This document shows, one piece after another, positions 50,855-64,000 of a stretch of 64,000 nt of DNA (position 1 is its first letter; each line of letters starts with the position of its first letter). The position numbers and the translations under genes are program-made. Location of the stretch: NCBI RefSeq assembly GCF_006345805.1, contig NC_043003.1:105648001-105712000 (forward strand), written 5' to 3'. This stretch comes from Octopus sinensis. Taxonomy: Eukaryota. Below the pieces are notes generated by a model, which worked only from the letters and a program-made list of their open reading frames with translations, had not been told where the DNA came from and searched no databases.

Positions 50855-51021
50855 CTAATCAGTTGGGTTTGGACTTATACAACAGCAATTATACAATTGC
50901 CATATCCAATGTCACCTTGTGCAGTGAATCTGGTTGCTTTGATCCATCAGAATTCAACAGCTCTGCTAATCAGTTTGCTCCTATGTTATCTGGTTCCAGG
51001 TGCACAAATGTTGTCAACAAG
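50855..51021 (+). CDS. TCTN1: Tectonic coding exon 8
   Basis: ttttag/gtaag, phase 1-0; ...AISNVTLCSESGCFDPSEF...APMLSGSRCTNVVNK ('C.NVV' motif). Confidence 0.9.
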
Positions 51022-51132
51022 GTAAGAATTCTTTATTTGTTATATAATTTTCCCTTTTAGTATTTGAGAGTGAAACATTCAAATTTATTTTATTTGTTTT
51101 TCATCATACTTGATTTCATGTTTTATTGCTCA

Positions 51133-51533
51133 GAGTGGCTGTGTGGTAAGTAGCTTGCTAACCAACCACATGGTTCCGGGTTCAGTCCCACTGCGTGGCA
51201 TCTTGGGCAAGTGTCTTCTGCTATAGCCCCGGGCCAGCCAATGCCTTGTGAGTGGATTTGGTAGACGGAAACTGAAAGAAGCCTGTCGTATATATGTATA
51301 TATATATAAGTGTGTGTGTATATGTTTGTGTGTCTGTGGTTGTCCCCCTAGCATTGCTTGACAACCGATGCTGGTGTGTTTACGCCCCCGTTACTTAGCG
51401 GTTCGGCAAAAGAGACCGATAGAATAAGTACTGGGCTTACAAAGAATAAGTCCCGGGGTCGATTTGCTCGACTAAAGGCGGTGCTCCAGCATGGCCGCAG
51501 TCAAATGACTGAAACAAGTAAAAGAGTAAAGAG
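51133..51533 (+). mobile_element. SINE family A
   Basis: Near full-length copy. Confidence 0.9.
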
Positions 51534-51626
51534 TGTTTTGTGATATTCTGTATGTAAAAAAAAACTGAGGTACATCATTATTCACGTACTCTTTTTGTTG
51601 CCGTTTTTCTTGACTCTTATTCCCTG

Positions 51627-52010
51627 GGCTCAGACATAACTCTGAGCACCTCTTCAGACTCCACCTGTCTAACACCCGTGGACATGTTTACAAAGTCAGA
51701 AAACAGCACAGCTCCTTCCATGACTTTCGAAAACATTTTTTCACATTAAGAGTTGCTGAAGCATGGAACAAACTGCCGGCATCAGTTGTTAGTTGTCGGA
51801 GCACTGCATCCTTCAAAACTTCCATGCTTCCTGAGATTCGCCAACACTACACCTGATCTTCCCCCCTCCATACACACGCAAGCATGTATCTGACTCATAC
51901 ATTGTTCACTTCCCAGACATTTGTACATTACTGCATATGCTTTATACACACTTTTGACAAGTTGTGGTGCACCTGAGCACTGTATACAATAATTTCATTA
52001 TTATTATTAT
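51627..52010 (+). mobile_element. CR1 LINE 3' end
   Basis: Near-identical to 7130-7487, with (TTA)n tail. Confidence 0.9.
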
Positions 52011-52925
52011 ATAGTCTTGGCCGAGTGGTGAAGAAGTTTGTTTAGCAATCATATCGTTGCATGCTTGGTTTCGCTGTATTCATCTTGAGCAAGTGTCTTC
52101 ATTCAAAGCTTCTGGCTGAACCAAGTCGTGTGAGTGAAATGACTGCACCTTCACACATCTTCACCATCATTGAGATAGCCATTTATTTCCCTACAGCATC
52201 ACACCTGTACCTGTCCCTCTATCTTACTGTAGCTTCTCATCAGCTGGCATTCCTCAGTACTGTTCCCCCTTCATTTGATGTAGGGTTCTTGTCTTGTGAG
52301 TTACTCGATAACCTCACTAGTGTAAAAAGCACCCATGTACAAAGAAAAAGAACTGGTTGGCATCAGAAAAGGCTCCCAGCCATAGAAATCATGTGAAAGC
52401 AGACATTGGAGTTTGATGCAGTTCTCTGGCATGTTAGCTTCTCTTGAACTATCCAACCCATGCCAGCATGGAATATGGACTTTCACTGACCGCTGCTGCT
52501 GCTGCTGGTGATGATGATGATCTATTAGATTGTTTATACTTGTTCTGCGATGGTTGACTTAATTGTTACCTGGTCTAAATGCTTGGCTTTTAGCAGAGTC
52601 CACTCTGTTGCAAGTGTTTGGACTAAGTTGTTCAGTCTCAGGATAACAATATTTTTCTACATCCAGTCTCAGAAGACCTACAAGTGCCACTTCCTTCCGC
52701 CTTTAACTGAACCATACAAAACTATAAAAAAAACCTGTCCAGTTCCAAACTAGAATTTTAGTAATTATGTCATGACATAGACTGACCATCCCAGCCTCTG
52801 GACGGCCAGTGATACCAAGAGAGGTAACTATCTCTTCACAGGATGAGCGGGAATTAAAAGAATTGAATATGAAATCAAGGAATATGGAGAGGATACAATT
52901 TCACGCACATGTGTTTGTATGTATG

Positions 52926-52974
<49 letters not shown>

Positions 52975-53377
52975 ATCATCATCATCATCGTTTAACGTCT
53001 GTTTTCCATGCTGGCATGGGTTGAATGGTTTGACTTGGGTCTGGGAAGCCAGGAGGCTGCACCAGGCTCCAGTCTGACCTGGCAGTGTTTCTACAGCTGG
53101 ATGCCCTTCCTAACATCAACCACTCGTATATAATATATACGTATATTTTCATTTGTCTTGATTATTTTTACGCTTAGGTTTTTTTGCTGAATTTTTTTCT
53201 TGAAAACACATTCTCCGTGGAAAATAGCAATTTTGACATCTATATCTAGCATGAAGGCTGTCCACTTTTAGTGGTCAATCCTCTAAATTTTGTATGTAAA
53301 AAAATTTTTAATCTTTGGATTTTTTAAATATGCTAGGCCACTGGTTTTAATTGATTAATATCAATTTCTACCCTTAT

Positions 53378-53417
<40 letters not shown>

Positions 53418-53525
53418 ATTGTATGAGCAATAAATGGTCCATTAACATTTCAGATATTTTTTAATACTATTAATGCAGACAATTTTGCTTACTTTGTGTA
53501 AACTATTCCTTCTTCTTTTTTTTAG

Positions 53526-53651
53526 GTTGTTTATCGTTTCATACACAATGGTACCTATGGTATTATTTCAGTCCGTGTGACTCTAAATTTGATTGATTTA
53601 ACACAATCTGATTTACCTTTTACTCAAACGTTTACCACAGAATTTCATGAG
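53526..53651 (+). CDS. TCTN1: Tectonic coding exon 9
   Basis: ttttag/gtaatg, 126 nt, phase 0-0; VVYRFIHNGTYGIISVRVTLNLIDLTQSDLPFTQTFTTEFHE. Confidence 0.93.
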
Positions 53652-54449
53652 GTAATGTTTTTTATATCATAATACTAAGAATGATTTTTGGAAAATGAAT
53701 TACTAGATTTGATAGCATATATATTTTTGTAAAAAAAGGCCGAGTGACTGAGCTCCCTTCGAGTGTTGGGCTTCATGGAGGCAATGACCAAGACCTTAGC
53801 ATTATGTTTGTGCTTGAGAAAAAGACCCATTAAGCCGAGCAAAATCGCAGTCATGACAGATACCAATGTCATGCAAATGGCACCTGTGCCGGTGGCATTT
53901 ACTCAAGCATAAAGTTGAAGTAAAGCCTTTGGAAAGTTCTATACCATCTCCTCAGTATACAGTTACTAAAGTAAAATTTGAACTAGTCCTCACATGATCC
54001 CCATTGCAACCATGTAGTTTTAGGCCTGATCTGACCACTGTCTTGTGAATGAATTTGGGAGATGGAAACTGAAAGAAGCCTGTTGTGTGTGTATGTTTGT
54101 CTCCTTGTCTTGTAAATGAATGTCATTCATTTCTGATATTCTGTGAAACATTGTCTGGCTGTAGGGAAATATTACTTTGCTTAGAAACAGATGGTGGCTG
54201 GCATCGGGAAGGAGGGTATCTGGCCATAGAAAAATCTACCTCAGTAAACTCTGTTGAACCCATGCTAATGTAAGAAAATGGACATTAAAAATGTAATGAT
54301 GAAAATGTATACAATAAAACACTCTTTTCCTTTTCATAAATTCAATCTAATCTTTACGGTTCATTTGTCGTATGATTGGTAATGCTTTTTATTTGCTTTT
54401 CTTTCTTCAAATATATTCCTCTTTTAATTGCTTTGCTAATATTTTTCAG

Positions 54450-54553
54450 TTGGCGGCAGAAGACGATACATATTTCAGGAGGAGTGGTAACCCTGGTTAC
54501 CTAAAGGGTGAACCATTATTAGCTGGAACTAAAATTAATTTGCCAACAGGACG
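54450..54553 (+). CDS. TCTN1: Tectonic coding exon 10
   Basis: tttcag/gtaaaa, phase 0-2; LAAEDDTYFRRSGNPGYLKGEPLLAG contains the tectonic RSGNPGY..G.P..AG hallmark. Confidence 0.96.
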
Positions 54554-57112
54554 GTAAAATTTCAATTTATTTTCATAAATTCTTCATCAATTGACAAATG
54601 TTTTTGAAAGAATAATAGATAATGAAACAAAACAAAAACTTTACTTTACAATCGCCATCTCTCTCTCTCCTTTCACATTCTCAAGAACCTGCCTCTCCAT
54701 TTATCCTGTCCAGTCCTCTGGACCACTTCTCTTATGTTCACCTTCCTCTAATGTGAGGGTTTGCCCTGATACCTCCTCACCATCTTCTCTCCTTTCCCAA
54801 CTTGGGTAATCATTTATCTCTTCTACTCATCACTTGGTATAAAGCCATCTCCCTCAATACTGCCCCCACCTCAGCTATGGGGTCTTTTTTGTGAGTTACT
54901 TAGTCACCTCACTTGTGCAGGTGCCATGAAAAAAGCACCTTCACTCTGTAAAGCAGTTGGCATTAGAAAGGACATCCAGCCATAGAAACCGTACAAAAAT
55001 AGACATTGGAGCTTGGTACAGTCCTCTGGCTTGTTGGTCCAAGTCAAGCTGTCCAACCCATACCAGCAAGGAAAATGGATGTTAAATGATGATGATGATG
55101 ATGATATGCCTTATTACTAATGTAATTGATAATTGTTAAAGGAAATTAAAATGGTTTGTCACCAAAGATTTGTCTTTATAAACCATGTTTAGAACAACTC
55201 GGTCTAATATTTAAGAATTTTAAAAGAATATTGACGTAGCATCATTTCTCATTTGTATAACAAACTATTTTATCTCCAATAAGATTTAACCCTTTAGCAT
55301 TTAAACAGGCCACGTCCAGCCACAAATATTCTTCCCATTTTATGTTCAAATTGGCTAGATCCTGCCTCTCACCCTAACCCTATACTGTCATTCTGAAAAT
55401 AAACAATCACATAACCAAAATCTCAAATTTCAAGAAGATGCTTGATTAATTCAAAACAATGTGAAAAAATATGCAATAGATTCAACGGAATAATCTGAAT
55501 ACAAAAGGGTCAAAGATAAACTTGACCTATTTTTTGTTTTTTGTTGTTTTTTTTCTATTCAGTGGTCTCATTAATATCCTTGTTATTACCTGTGTTTTGG
55601 ATTATTGTTTAAAAGGTTTTTTTATTGAAAATTAAAAACAATTCTGTGTTAAAAACTCTGATACAAAGGTCTCAATATCATTGTCGTTGTCTTATGCTTG
55701 TTTTGGCATGATTTCGCTTGACCTCCAGCTGCTATCTTTTGTTATCAACCATCCACAGCAACAGAGGAGAAAAATGATCAACTCTGTCATTATTTAGCAT
55801 GGTTTCCCTGGCATGTTACCTTACTCCTCACCAACAACTTTACAGCATAGACTGGGGAGATTTTATGCCTGCTCTGCCTTGACTGGCTTCTGTGCTAGTG
55901 GCATGTAAAAAGCACAAACCGATCGTGGTCGTTGCCAGCCTCCCCTGGCACGCAAAAAGCACCCACTACACTCATGGAATGGTTGGCATTAGGAAGGTCA
56001 TCCGGCTGTAGAAACACTGCCAGATCAAGATTGGAACCTGGTGCAGCCTCCTGGCTTGCCAGAACCCAGTCAAACTGTCCAACCCATGCTAGCATGGAAA
56101 ACGGACGTTAAACAACAACGCCGACGCTGACGACTGGTTGTCCCTGAGAGAACGAAACCTCTCTAACCTCCTAAATGGTCTCCATTTGCATCTTCCTTTG
56201 TTAGCACCTTGTAGTACAGTGTAGGAGAGTGGGTTTGCTCATCAAACACTGTTTTGCTTGTCATGCCCTTTCTCATTTATTGATATTAAAATAGTATTTA
56301 AGACATAAAATATAAATGAAAAGATAAATAATAATCATTTGTAACAAAGACACAAAACCAGAAATTTAGAGGTAGAGGGCTGTGCTGGATTCCAATGTCT
56401 GCTTTAGCAAGGTTTCAATGGTTGGATGCCCTTCCTAACACCAAGCACTGAATAGACTATACTGGGTGTTTTTTATGTGGCATTGGCAATAGTGAGGTTA
56501 TCAAGAAACTCACAAGATAAGATCCCTTGACAGAATGGGAGTGCAGCCTTGAGGGAGGTGGCTTTATGTCAGATGTTGAGAGGCTGAAACAGGATGAGGA
56601 TGGTGACAGGGACAGGTTTCTCGCTCTAGCGAAGATACGTGACGACTCCAAGTACACTGCATGTCATAGCATTTTCCCATGCTGTCATGGTTAGATGAAT
56701 CTTCTTTATGACATATTGCTACTCTTGATTCTGGAGTGTCAACTCCCCATGTCTTTTTTGATCTATTTCTCATAGGGATACCTTCTATTGTCAGCACATA
56801 CAGCTTTTTAAACAAGCTAATGTCATCCATTTTCATTAGACATCAGTAGCACTGTAGCTGCATCCTCAGTAGCGTGTCATCATCATCATTTAACGTCTGT
56901 TCTCCATGCTACCATGGGTTGGACGGTTCGACCAGGGATCTGGGAAGCCAGAAGGCTGCACCAGGCTCCAGTCTTATCTAGCAATATTTCTACAGCTGGA
57001 TGCCCTTCCTAACGCCAACCACTCCGTGAGTGTAGTGGGTGCTTTTTACGTGCCACCTGCACAGGTGCCAGGCGAGGCTGGCAACGGCCACGGTCGGATT
57101 GGTGCATTTTAC

Positions 57113-60100
57113 GTGTCAATTTTAATAACTTCCTAAAAATCTAATTTGGTAGCAAAATTTTTGTGCCTTTTTACTCCCTAACTTGAGATATATTTACCAA
57201 GATGGATTAAAATAACTCTAACCTACATCAATTTTATCCTAAATTTTCAATAGTGTTGTTTTTTCAATGGTGTTGTTTTGAAACAGTAACTGAAAATTTA
57301 TATGGAAAACTGATTAGACTCAAAATATCACTCTTATATTATCTTTTAATTAGTTAAATGAATCTTATATTATCTTTTAATTAGTTAAATGAATCTTATA
57401 TTATCTTTTAATTGGTTAAATGAATCTTATATTATCTTTTAATTGGTTAAATGAATCTTATATTATCTTTTAATTGGTTAAATGAATTGTTGCTCTTTTC
57501 ATACATTCACAAAAATGTCAACGCTGAAGATTAGAGGCCAGATGTCATCCCACTTGAGCTTATTAATTGGTACAGGGAAAGAGCTTCCTGTATCAGAGCT
57601 TCCAACAGTGAAAGATATTTCAAGACTTGGGTTACTACTTTGGGAGCAAAATTCCAATGACAGAAGGAACTATACAGATAAGGAACTCATACATGATATA
57701 ATACCCCATCTTCTGCGCTAGTGGATAAAAGCTAATACGCAATTCAAACTGCCAGTGATCATACAGTGTTGAACAATTGAGCTAAAACTAATGGGATTGT
57801 GACAGGAAGCTTTACACACATCACTTGGTAAAGGAAACTTGGCAATGAAAAATGCTTTTCTACACTCACTTGGTATACTGTTCGGTATTTTGAGCTGCAG
57901 TTTTTCCATGATTTTGTGTTGAAAAGGGGGTTGTTCTCCCCCACTGGTAAGAGAGGAAATCATTCCCACATTGACTGTCGTTGCTCTCGTGAAAAGAAGA
58001 TACCTTCTCTGGAGCTGGATTCCATAAGCTCACAGTGGACAAAGGCAGGAGGAGGCCAAGGCAGCATGCAAATGGGCTCAACTGATTATAAAGAGAGAGA
58101 CAGATTTCTACTGAAAAAGGAAGGCCATGTCAGAGAGAGAGGGAAGAAAAGAAGGGAATGAAGGATGAAGTCATGCAAAGAGAAGAACAGCACTGCCATG
58201 TTTGTCAGTTGTTTGATTAATCTTTTGAAGAGAATGAAGTAATGTCAGAAGAAAATTCTGAGGAATCTTCTGAAGCCAAAACAAAGAGAAGAAAATGCAA
58301 TACAAGAAACAGTTCAAACATTGCATTAGTTAGTATTCGTCACCATACCGGACTGTGTGAGGCTGCTGAAATTGCAGCTGCCACTTGGATAGATGCAGGC
58401 TTCATCAGTCGAGAGGATTCATCTTTGGTTATAGATCATAACGGACTTAGGAGAGCACAAGCAAAAGTAATGAGTGAGATATCTGATCAGCAAGAAAAAG
58501 AATGAAAAGGAGGGCTCTCCTGTCTTTTGGTTGATGGAAGAATAGATGAGACCAAAGTTATGGTTGAAGTAGATGGAATTTTCTGAAAATTTCCTGGTCT
58601 AATCAAAGAAGAGCAATACACTGTCTGTCCTGAGCCTGGTGGTCAGTTTCTGTTTCATTTTACACCTGAAGTTGAAGTGGAAGGTAAAGAACGTGCAGGG
58701 GTAACTGCTGGTAATATTTTATGCTGGTTTCAAGAGAGGGAGGGCTTGAAAATTCAGTGCAAGCTATGGGTGGGGATTCGACAGCAGTGAATACTGATGG
58801 GAAGGCAGGTGTAATGAGTTATTTAGAGGCAAAAACTTGAAAGAAGACTCATTTGGATTGCATACAGGTGAGCTGCCTCTCTGTCACCTCATCCAGGAAA
58901 TTGATGGTTCTACAAAAAGCAACAATAAGTGGTCAGGTCCTCTTGGCAACATGTTGGATGAAGCAACACAACTAGAAATAAATGCAATCTTTCCAAAGGT
59001 TGAAGTAGGCTGTCCCATTCCAGTGTTGCCAGAAGAAATTGTCAAAGACCTCAGCATGGACCAATCCTATGCTTATCACATTGCTCAAGTAACAAGATCA
59101 GGCAAAGTACCTCAGTCATTGACTCTCTTGGAGATTAACCTGTTAGTCACTGCAGTTGGTTAACTACAGCTCTACGCTTCTGCAAGATTTGGATTTCCAG
59201 ACACCAACTGAAGGAAAAGGCTCTGAAGAATTTATAGTTGGTGTCTATCTTCCCCACTGGTTTAATATTAAGCTCAATCCAAAATGGGTTGATGGTCCCA
59301 ATCCCCTTTTTGTTTCAGTTGCAGCTTGTAAGAACACAAAATAAGTTGGTGTGGGATATCATATTATCCGTGGTGAGGAAGTCCTCGTGGTATGCTCGAT
59401 CAGAAGCAGTGTTGCAAGCAATGCTTTTCAGCCAATATTCAAATCTTTGTACTGTGGCTATAGAAACTATTTTAAGAATTAAGAGGTACCCCATTTGAAG
59501 ATGACCAGTTGGAGGACTTCTCATTTAGTCAAAGAAAAGTTGCCCAATTAAATGTCAATGCCACCAAGCCGTCTGCATTGGTTGATTTTAGTTCTAAGGC
59601 CTTGGAACCACCATTGACAACATCCTTATTTAGTAAGAATCTCAACAGCTTTAAAGACACATCAATGATAATACCAAAATGGCCATAGCATATACAAAGT
59701 GTTGAGTGGTGTGTTAAAATGGTCACTCAAGCTGTGAGTCATGTTTACAGTCATGGGGATCAAGAGGTTACATCAAAGCACAAGCAGTGAGCCAGCAACT
59801 GGTGAAAAGAAACAACAGCAAGAAGGATTTGAAGGCTTTGACTACTTTTAAATAGTATATTGGAATCAAAATTGAACCAAATTCGATGACTGGCACCCGT
59901 GCCAGTGGAGCGCTAACAGCGCCATCCGAGCAGGATCACTGCAAGAGCAGCTGCCTGGCTTCTGTGCCGGTGGCATGTAAAAAGCACCATTTGAGTGCGA
60001 TCATTACCAGCGTCGCCTTACTGGCACTTGTGCCAGTGGAACGTGAACAAAACATTTGAGCGAGGCCATTGTCAGTGCCGCTGGACTGACTCCTGTGGAG

Positions 60101-60581
60101 GTGGCATGTAAAAAACACCATTTTGACTGTGGCCATTGCCAGTACCGCCAGATTGGTCCTCGTGCCGGTGGCACATAAAAGCACCCACTACACTCTCGGA
60201 GTGGTTCGCATTAGGAAGGGCATACAGCTGTAGAAATTCTGCCAGATCAGATTGGAGCCTGGCGCAGCCATCTGGTTCACTAGTCCTCAGTCAAATCGTC
60301 CAACCCATGCTAGCATGGAAAGCGGACGTTTAAGGATGATGATGATTGGAATGTATTGTAGTATATATGAAACTTAAAACAGAAAGATGCAGGTGAAAAC
60401 CAATTATGTTCAAAATTCTCAAAATATATAAATTTCAAACTCATATTGATAGTTAAGAGTTATTTAAATTTTTTTTTCTTTCCAGAATTTTGTTTTATAT
60501 GCTAAAAGGCAAGAATAAATTACTACCAAAATTGAAAATTATGAATTTTCCTATTTCCTCCCCAAAATTGACACACCCTAA
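57113..60581 (+). mobile_element. Degenerate hAT-superfamily (hATm-like) transposon
   Basis: Right end AAAATTGACACACCCTAA; left remnant GTGTCAATTTT. Transposase relics ELPT, DGRID.T, KEEQYT...EPGG, GGDSTAVNT, ELPLCHLI..IDG, DLSMDQSY, WLTTA, Y.P.WF.IK and HIQSVE.CVK.VT.A, with many stops. Confidence 0.7.
57332..57486. repeat. 31-bp tandem repeat, 5 copies
   Basis: TCTTATATTATCTTTTAATT(A/G)GTTAAATGAA x5; units 1-2 have A, units 3-5 have G. Confidence 0.95.
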
Positions 60582-60834
60582 TCTTCAGCACATAACACCT
60601 GGTGCCACTTCTTCACTATCAAGTGTCTCTTACATGGAATTAGACAGAAAAATAGTGAAGATCTGCATGGCACCTCGGGCAAGTGTCTTCTAATATATAC
60701 CCAGGTTGACCAAAGCCTTGTGAGTGGATTTGGCTGAGAGAAACTGAAAGAAGCTTGTTAAGAGGTGATGATGATTGTAGATAACGATGAACTAATATCA
60801 TTCCCCTTTTTGTATATTTGATGTATTCTTTCAG

Positions 60835-60969
60835 TTCCATAATTAACTTAAGCTCTGATCGAACCAATTGGCTTACAATTCCACAACCTTCACCCGATGG
60901 TTCCTGTTCTGGTAAAAACCGAGTGCCTGTTAATTTTGGTGTTGATATGCGATCTGGTTGTTCCTTAAA
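60835..60969 (+). CDS. TCTN1: Tectonic coding exon 11
   Basis: tttcag/gtaagt, 135 nt, phase 2-2; SIINLSSDRTNWLTIPQPSPDGSCSGKNRVPVNFGVDMRSGCSL ('R..V.FG....SGC' motif). Confidence 0.95.
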
Positions 60970-61329
60970 GTAAGTCACTTTACCAAACTTTCAAAACACA
61001 GGAAACAATGATCCTGAGTGACTCTACAAAGTTTTGCTTTTATAAAATTTATGTTGTCGTTAAGTATCTCCACTGGCACCAACAAAACCCTAAAATAGAT
61101 GGGAGGTCCTTAGTTTTCAGATCAGGGGTTTAAGTGCTGGTATGGCTGTGTGGTAAGAAGTTTGCTTCTCAACTATGTAGTCTTGGGTTCAGTTCCATGT
61201 CATGGTACCCTGGGCAAATGTCTTCTGTTATAGCCCTGGACCAACTAAACCCTTGTGAGAGGATTTGATAGATGAAAACTGAAAGAAGCCCATCATATAT
61301 ACATATATATGTATATTTGTGTGTATGTG

Positions 61330-62180
61330 TATGGAAAATAGACTCCATCAAATGCCAGCAGGAAAAACTAGAAGTAGTTGATAGCTTCTGTTACCTAGGT
61401 GACCAAGTCAAGAGTGGAGGTGGATGCTCTGAGAGCATAGCTGCTAGAATAAAAATAGGCTGGGCAAATTTCAGAGAGCTTCTGCCTCTGTTGGTAACAA
61501 AGGGCTTTTCCCTCAGATTGAAGGGCAGATTGTACGATACCTGTATGCCATGCTACATGGCAGTGAAACATGGGCCATCTTAAGAGAAAAATTGGACATA
61601 AGATGTGGTGCACAAGAGAGATGACTGTGCTGGTATGGACAAGGACAGCTGTGTTAAGAAGTGCTAATCTCTAACCTGTGGAAGAGGTAGACCTGTAAAG
61701 ACATTAGACAAGGTGATGAAGCATGATCTTTGAACATTGGGCCTCACAGAGGTGATGACAAATGACTGAGATTTTCGGCGATATGCTGCACTTGAGGAAG
61801 ACCCATCAAGCCAAGTGAAATTGTAGTCATAACCAATGCCAGTGTTGCATATCTAGCACCCATGCCGGTGGCATGTAAAAAGCACCCTCTGATTGTTGGG
61901 CCTCACAGAAGCAATGACAAGTGACTAAGACCTTTGACAGTACACCGTGCTTGAGAAGACCTGTCAAGCCAAGTGAGATTGTAGTCATGATCAATGCTGG
62001 TGTTTCATAACCAGCACATAAAAAGCACCCACTACACTCTTGGAGTGGTTGGTGTTACGAAGGGCATCCAGCTGTAGAAACACTGCCAAATCAGATTGGA
62101 ACCTGGTGCAGCTTACCAGTTTTCAGTCAAACCATTTAACCCATGCCAGCATGGAAAACATGTTAAATGATGATGATGAT
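61330..62180 (+). mobile_element. RTE LINE 3' portion running into family C 3' UTR and (GAT)n tail
   Basis: LEVVDSFCYLGDQV.SGGGCSESIAARIKIGWANFRELLPLL...LKGRLYDTC, continuing into family C sequence. Confidence 0.85.
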
Positions 62181-63485
62181 TATAGTTAAGATAATGGGAT
62201 CTATAGAGGATCAAGGTATATTGATAGAAGTCATTAAATCTAGCAACATCATCCACAGAGGCCAGTAGTAGCAGAGCATTCTTGAATAAAGCAAGCAGTA
62301 GACACTAAGTAGACAGCATCAAGACATGTCCAAAGGCAACTGCTGACGCTACTCAAAAGAACCCATTTATTGTACTGTATTGTTTCAAAGTCAATGTTAG
62401 TTTTTCATTCATTTATTTAATTTTGGTAAAAGTGTTCAGAAAGAATATTAGCATCATTTAATGAAGATCCAGCTAATTATAATTCACGGAGGATAATTTA
62501 GAGCAAAAGCTCAGATTAATGATACATGGGGTCTACTTCGATTTCTAAATTAAGATTGTATAATCATCTTCACACCTTTAGAAGGATGGATAAAGTGAAA
62601 ACATCATCAATTTCTGTAAAGATTTTGGAGTTAAAGCAAAAATGTTGATTTTTATCTAAAGTGGAGCATTGTTAGACACACTAAACTGTTTGTTAGTGAT
62701 AGATGTACGAAATTGTTGGAAATCTTAAATGAAGCAATTGTAGCAATACCAAATAACCCATTTGAATATTATTAGTTTGTGAAGACACATGGCTCAGTGG
62801 TTAGAGTGTCATGCTTACAATCATGAGGTAATGAGTTTGATTCTGGGTTGTGTGTTGTGTTCTTGAGCAAGACACTTTATTTCACATTGCTCCAGTTCAC
62901 TTGGCTGTAGAAATGAATTGCAACGTCACAGGTGCCAGGCTGCATCAGCCTTTGCCTTTCCCTTGGAAAGTGGTGTGGAGAGGGGAGGACGGTATGCATG
63001 GGTGACTGTTGGTCTTCCATAAACAACCTTGCCTGGACTTGTGCCTCGGAGGAGAACATTCTAAATGCAATCCCATGGTCATTCATGCGTGTGTATGTGT
63101 GTCTGTGTATAATTCTGTGTGTAAACTTGTCTAGCCATCATGCAATGGTTGTAAATGAGCATCATCGTGCAAGCAAGGTTGTTTGCAGCTTGCAGCCTTC
63201 TGTAGAAAGCATGCTTAGCCATGAGAAAATATTACCTTGCTTGGTGACAAGGAGAGATCTGGCTGTAGAAAAACTGCCTCAGCAGGGTCCATCTGCCCAT
63301 CCAAACATGTAAAAGTAGATGTTAAAATGATGCATGTTTTGTGTTTTTTTCTCACTTCACATTTGGATCTAATCTATGTAACTGTGAAATGTTATATGTT
63401 TACATCCTCATTAATTCTGTATGTTTCTTTGCCATACCAGGTTTATCAAGTATTTTCTAAATGTCTTCTTTTCTTGTTTTATCAG

Positions 63486-63650
63486 ATTAAAACTGTCTGA
63501 CCTCAGTGTTCAGTGCAAAAACCTTGAAGAATGATCAATATTCTGTGGCAACAAAATGCCACCCATGTAGCAACATTTGGTAATTCTCCAGTTGAGTTTG
63601 TTAGTGACTGGTTGACAATAAGTGAACAGAACAAACCTCCACAGCCTCAG
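63486..63650 (+). CDS. TCTN1: Tectonic coding exon 12 (contains apparent frameshift near 63527-63531; gene continues right)
   Basis: tatcag acceptor. In-phase reading is KLKLSDLSVQCKNLEE*, and the shifted frame is MINILWQQNATHVATFGNSPVEFVSDWLTI ('VA.FGNS.....DW..I' motif). Donor CAG|GTTAG. Confidence 0.85.
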
Positions 63651-64000
63651 GTTAGAATCGATTCTATTTATTATCTACTAAAATTATAAAATCTTGCCTT
63701 TCTTTTTTTGTTTTTGTCTGCCATGTTTTGTACAGACTTGGGTGTGTGGCTAAGAAGTTTGCCTTCCAACCATATGGTTTCCGGTTCAGTCCATCTGCAT
63801 GGCACAATGGGCAAATGTCTTCCAAGCCAACAAAGCCTTAGGAGTAGATTTGGTAGATGGAAACTAAAAGAAGCTTGTCATGCATGTGTGTGTATGCATG
63901 TGTGAGTATGAGTTGGTGTCTTGATATTGCATGGTAGTTGTACATGAGTGCCACTGTTATACTCAGGTTTACACCAATCCCTTTATTCCCCACCCCCACA

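Overview
AT-rich, repeat-dense animal genomic DNA; the SINE and microsatellite landscape strongly resembles an octopus (coleoid cephalopod) genome, which is an inference. Two spliced protein-coding genes lie head-to-head. FBXO47 is on the minus strand with 8 coding exons traced in phase from ATG 24382 down to 3109; its last exon(s) apparently lie left of the window. A tectonic-family ciliary transition-zone gene is on the plus strand with 12 coding exons from 33621 to 63650 and continues to the right. It has an RFX X-box in its promoter and an apparent frameshift in exon 12. Introns and the intergenic region are packed with tRNA-derived SINEs, RTE/CR1/Tx1/Penelope/Gypsy retroelement remnants, a DD37D (maT) transposon, a hATm-like relic, a cluster of three Merlin-type elements and non-autonomous Helitrons. 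The most unusual item is a 186-bp near-perfect palindrome in FBXO47 intron 1 made of two inverted minimal hammerhead ribozymes. Up to three more decayed hammerhead motifs occur elsewhere. Most ORFs in the supplied track are microsatellite or SINE artefacts. All family assignments come from motif recognition by eye, not database searches.
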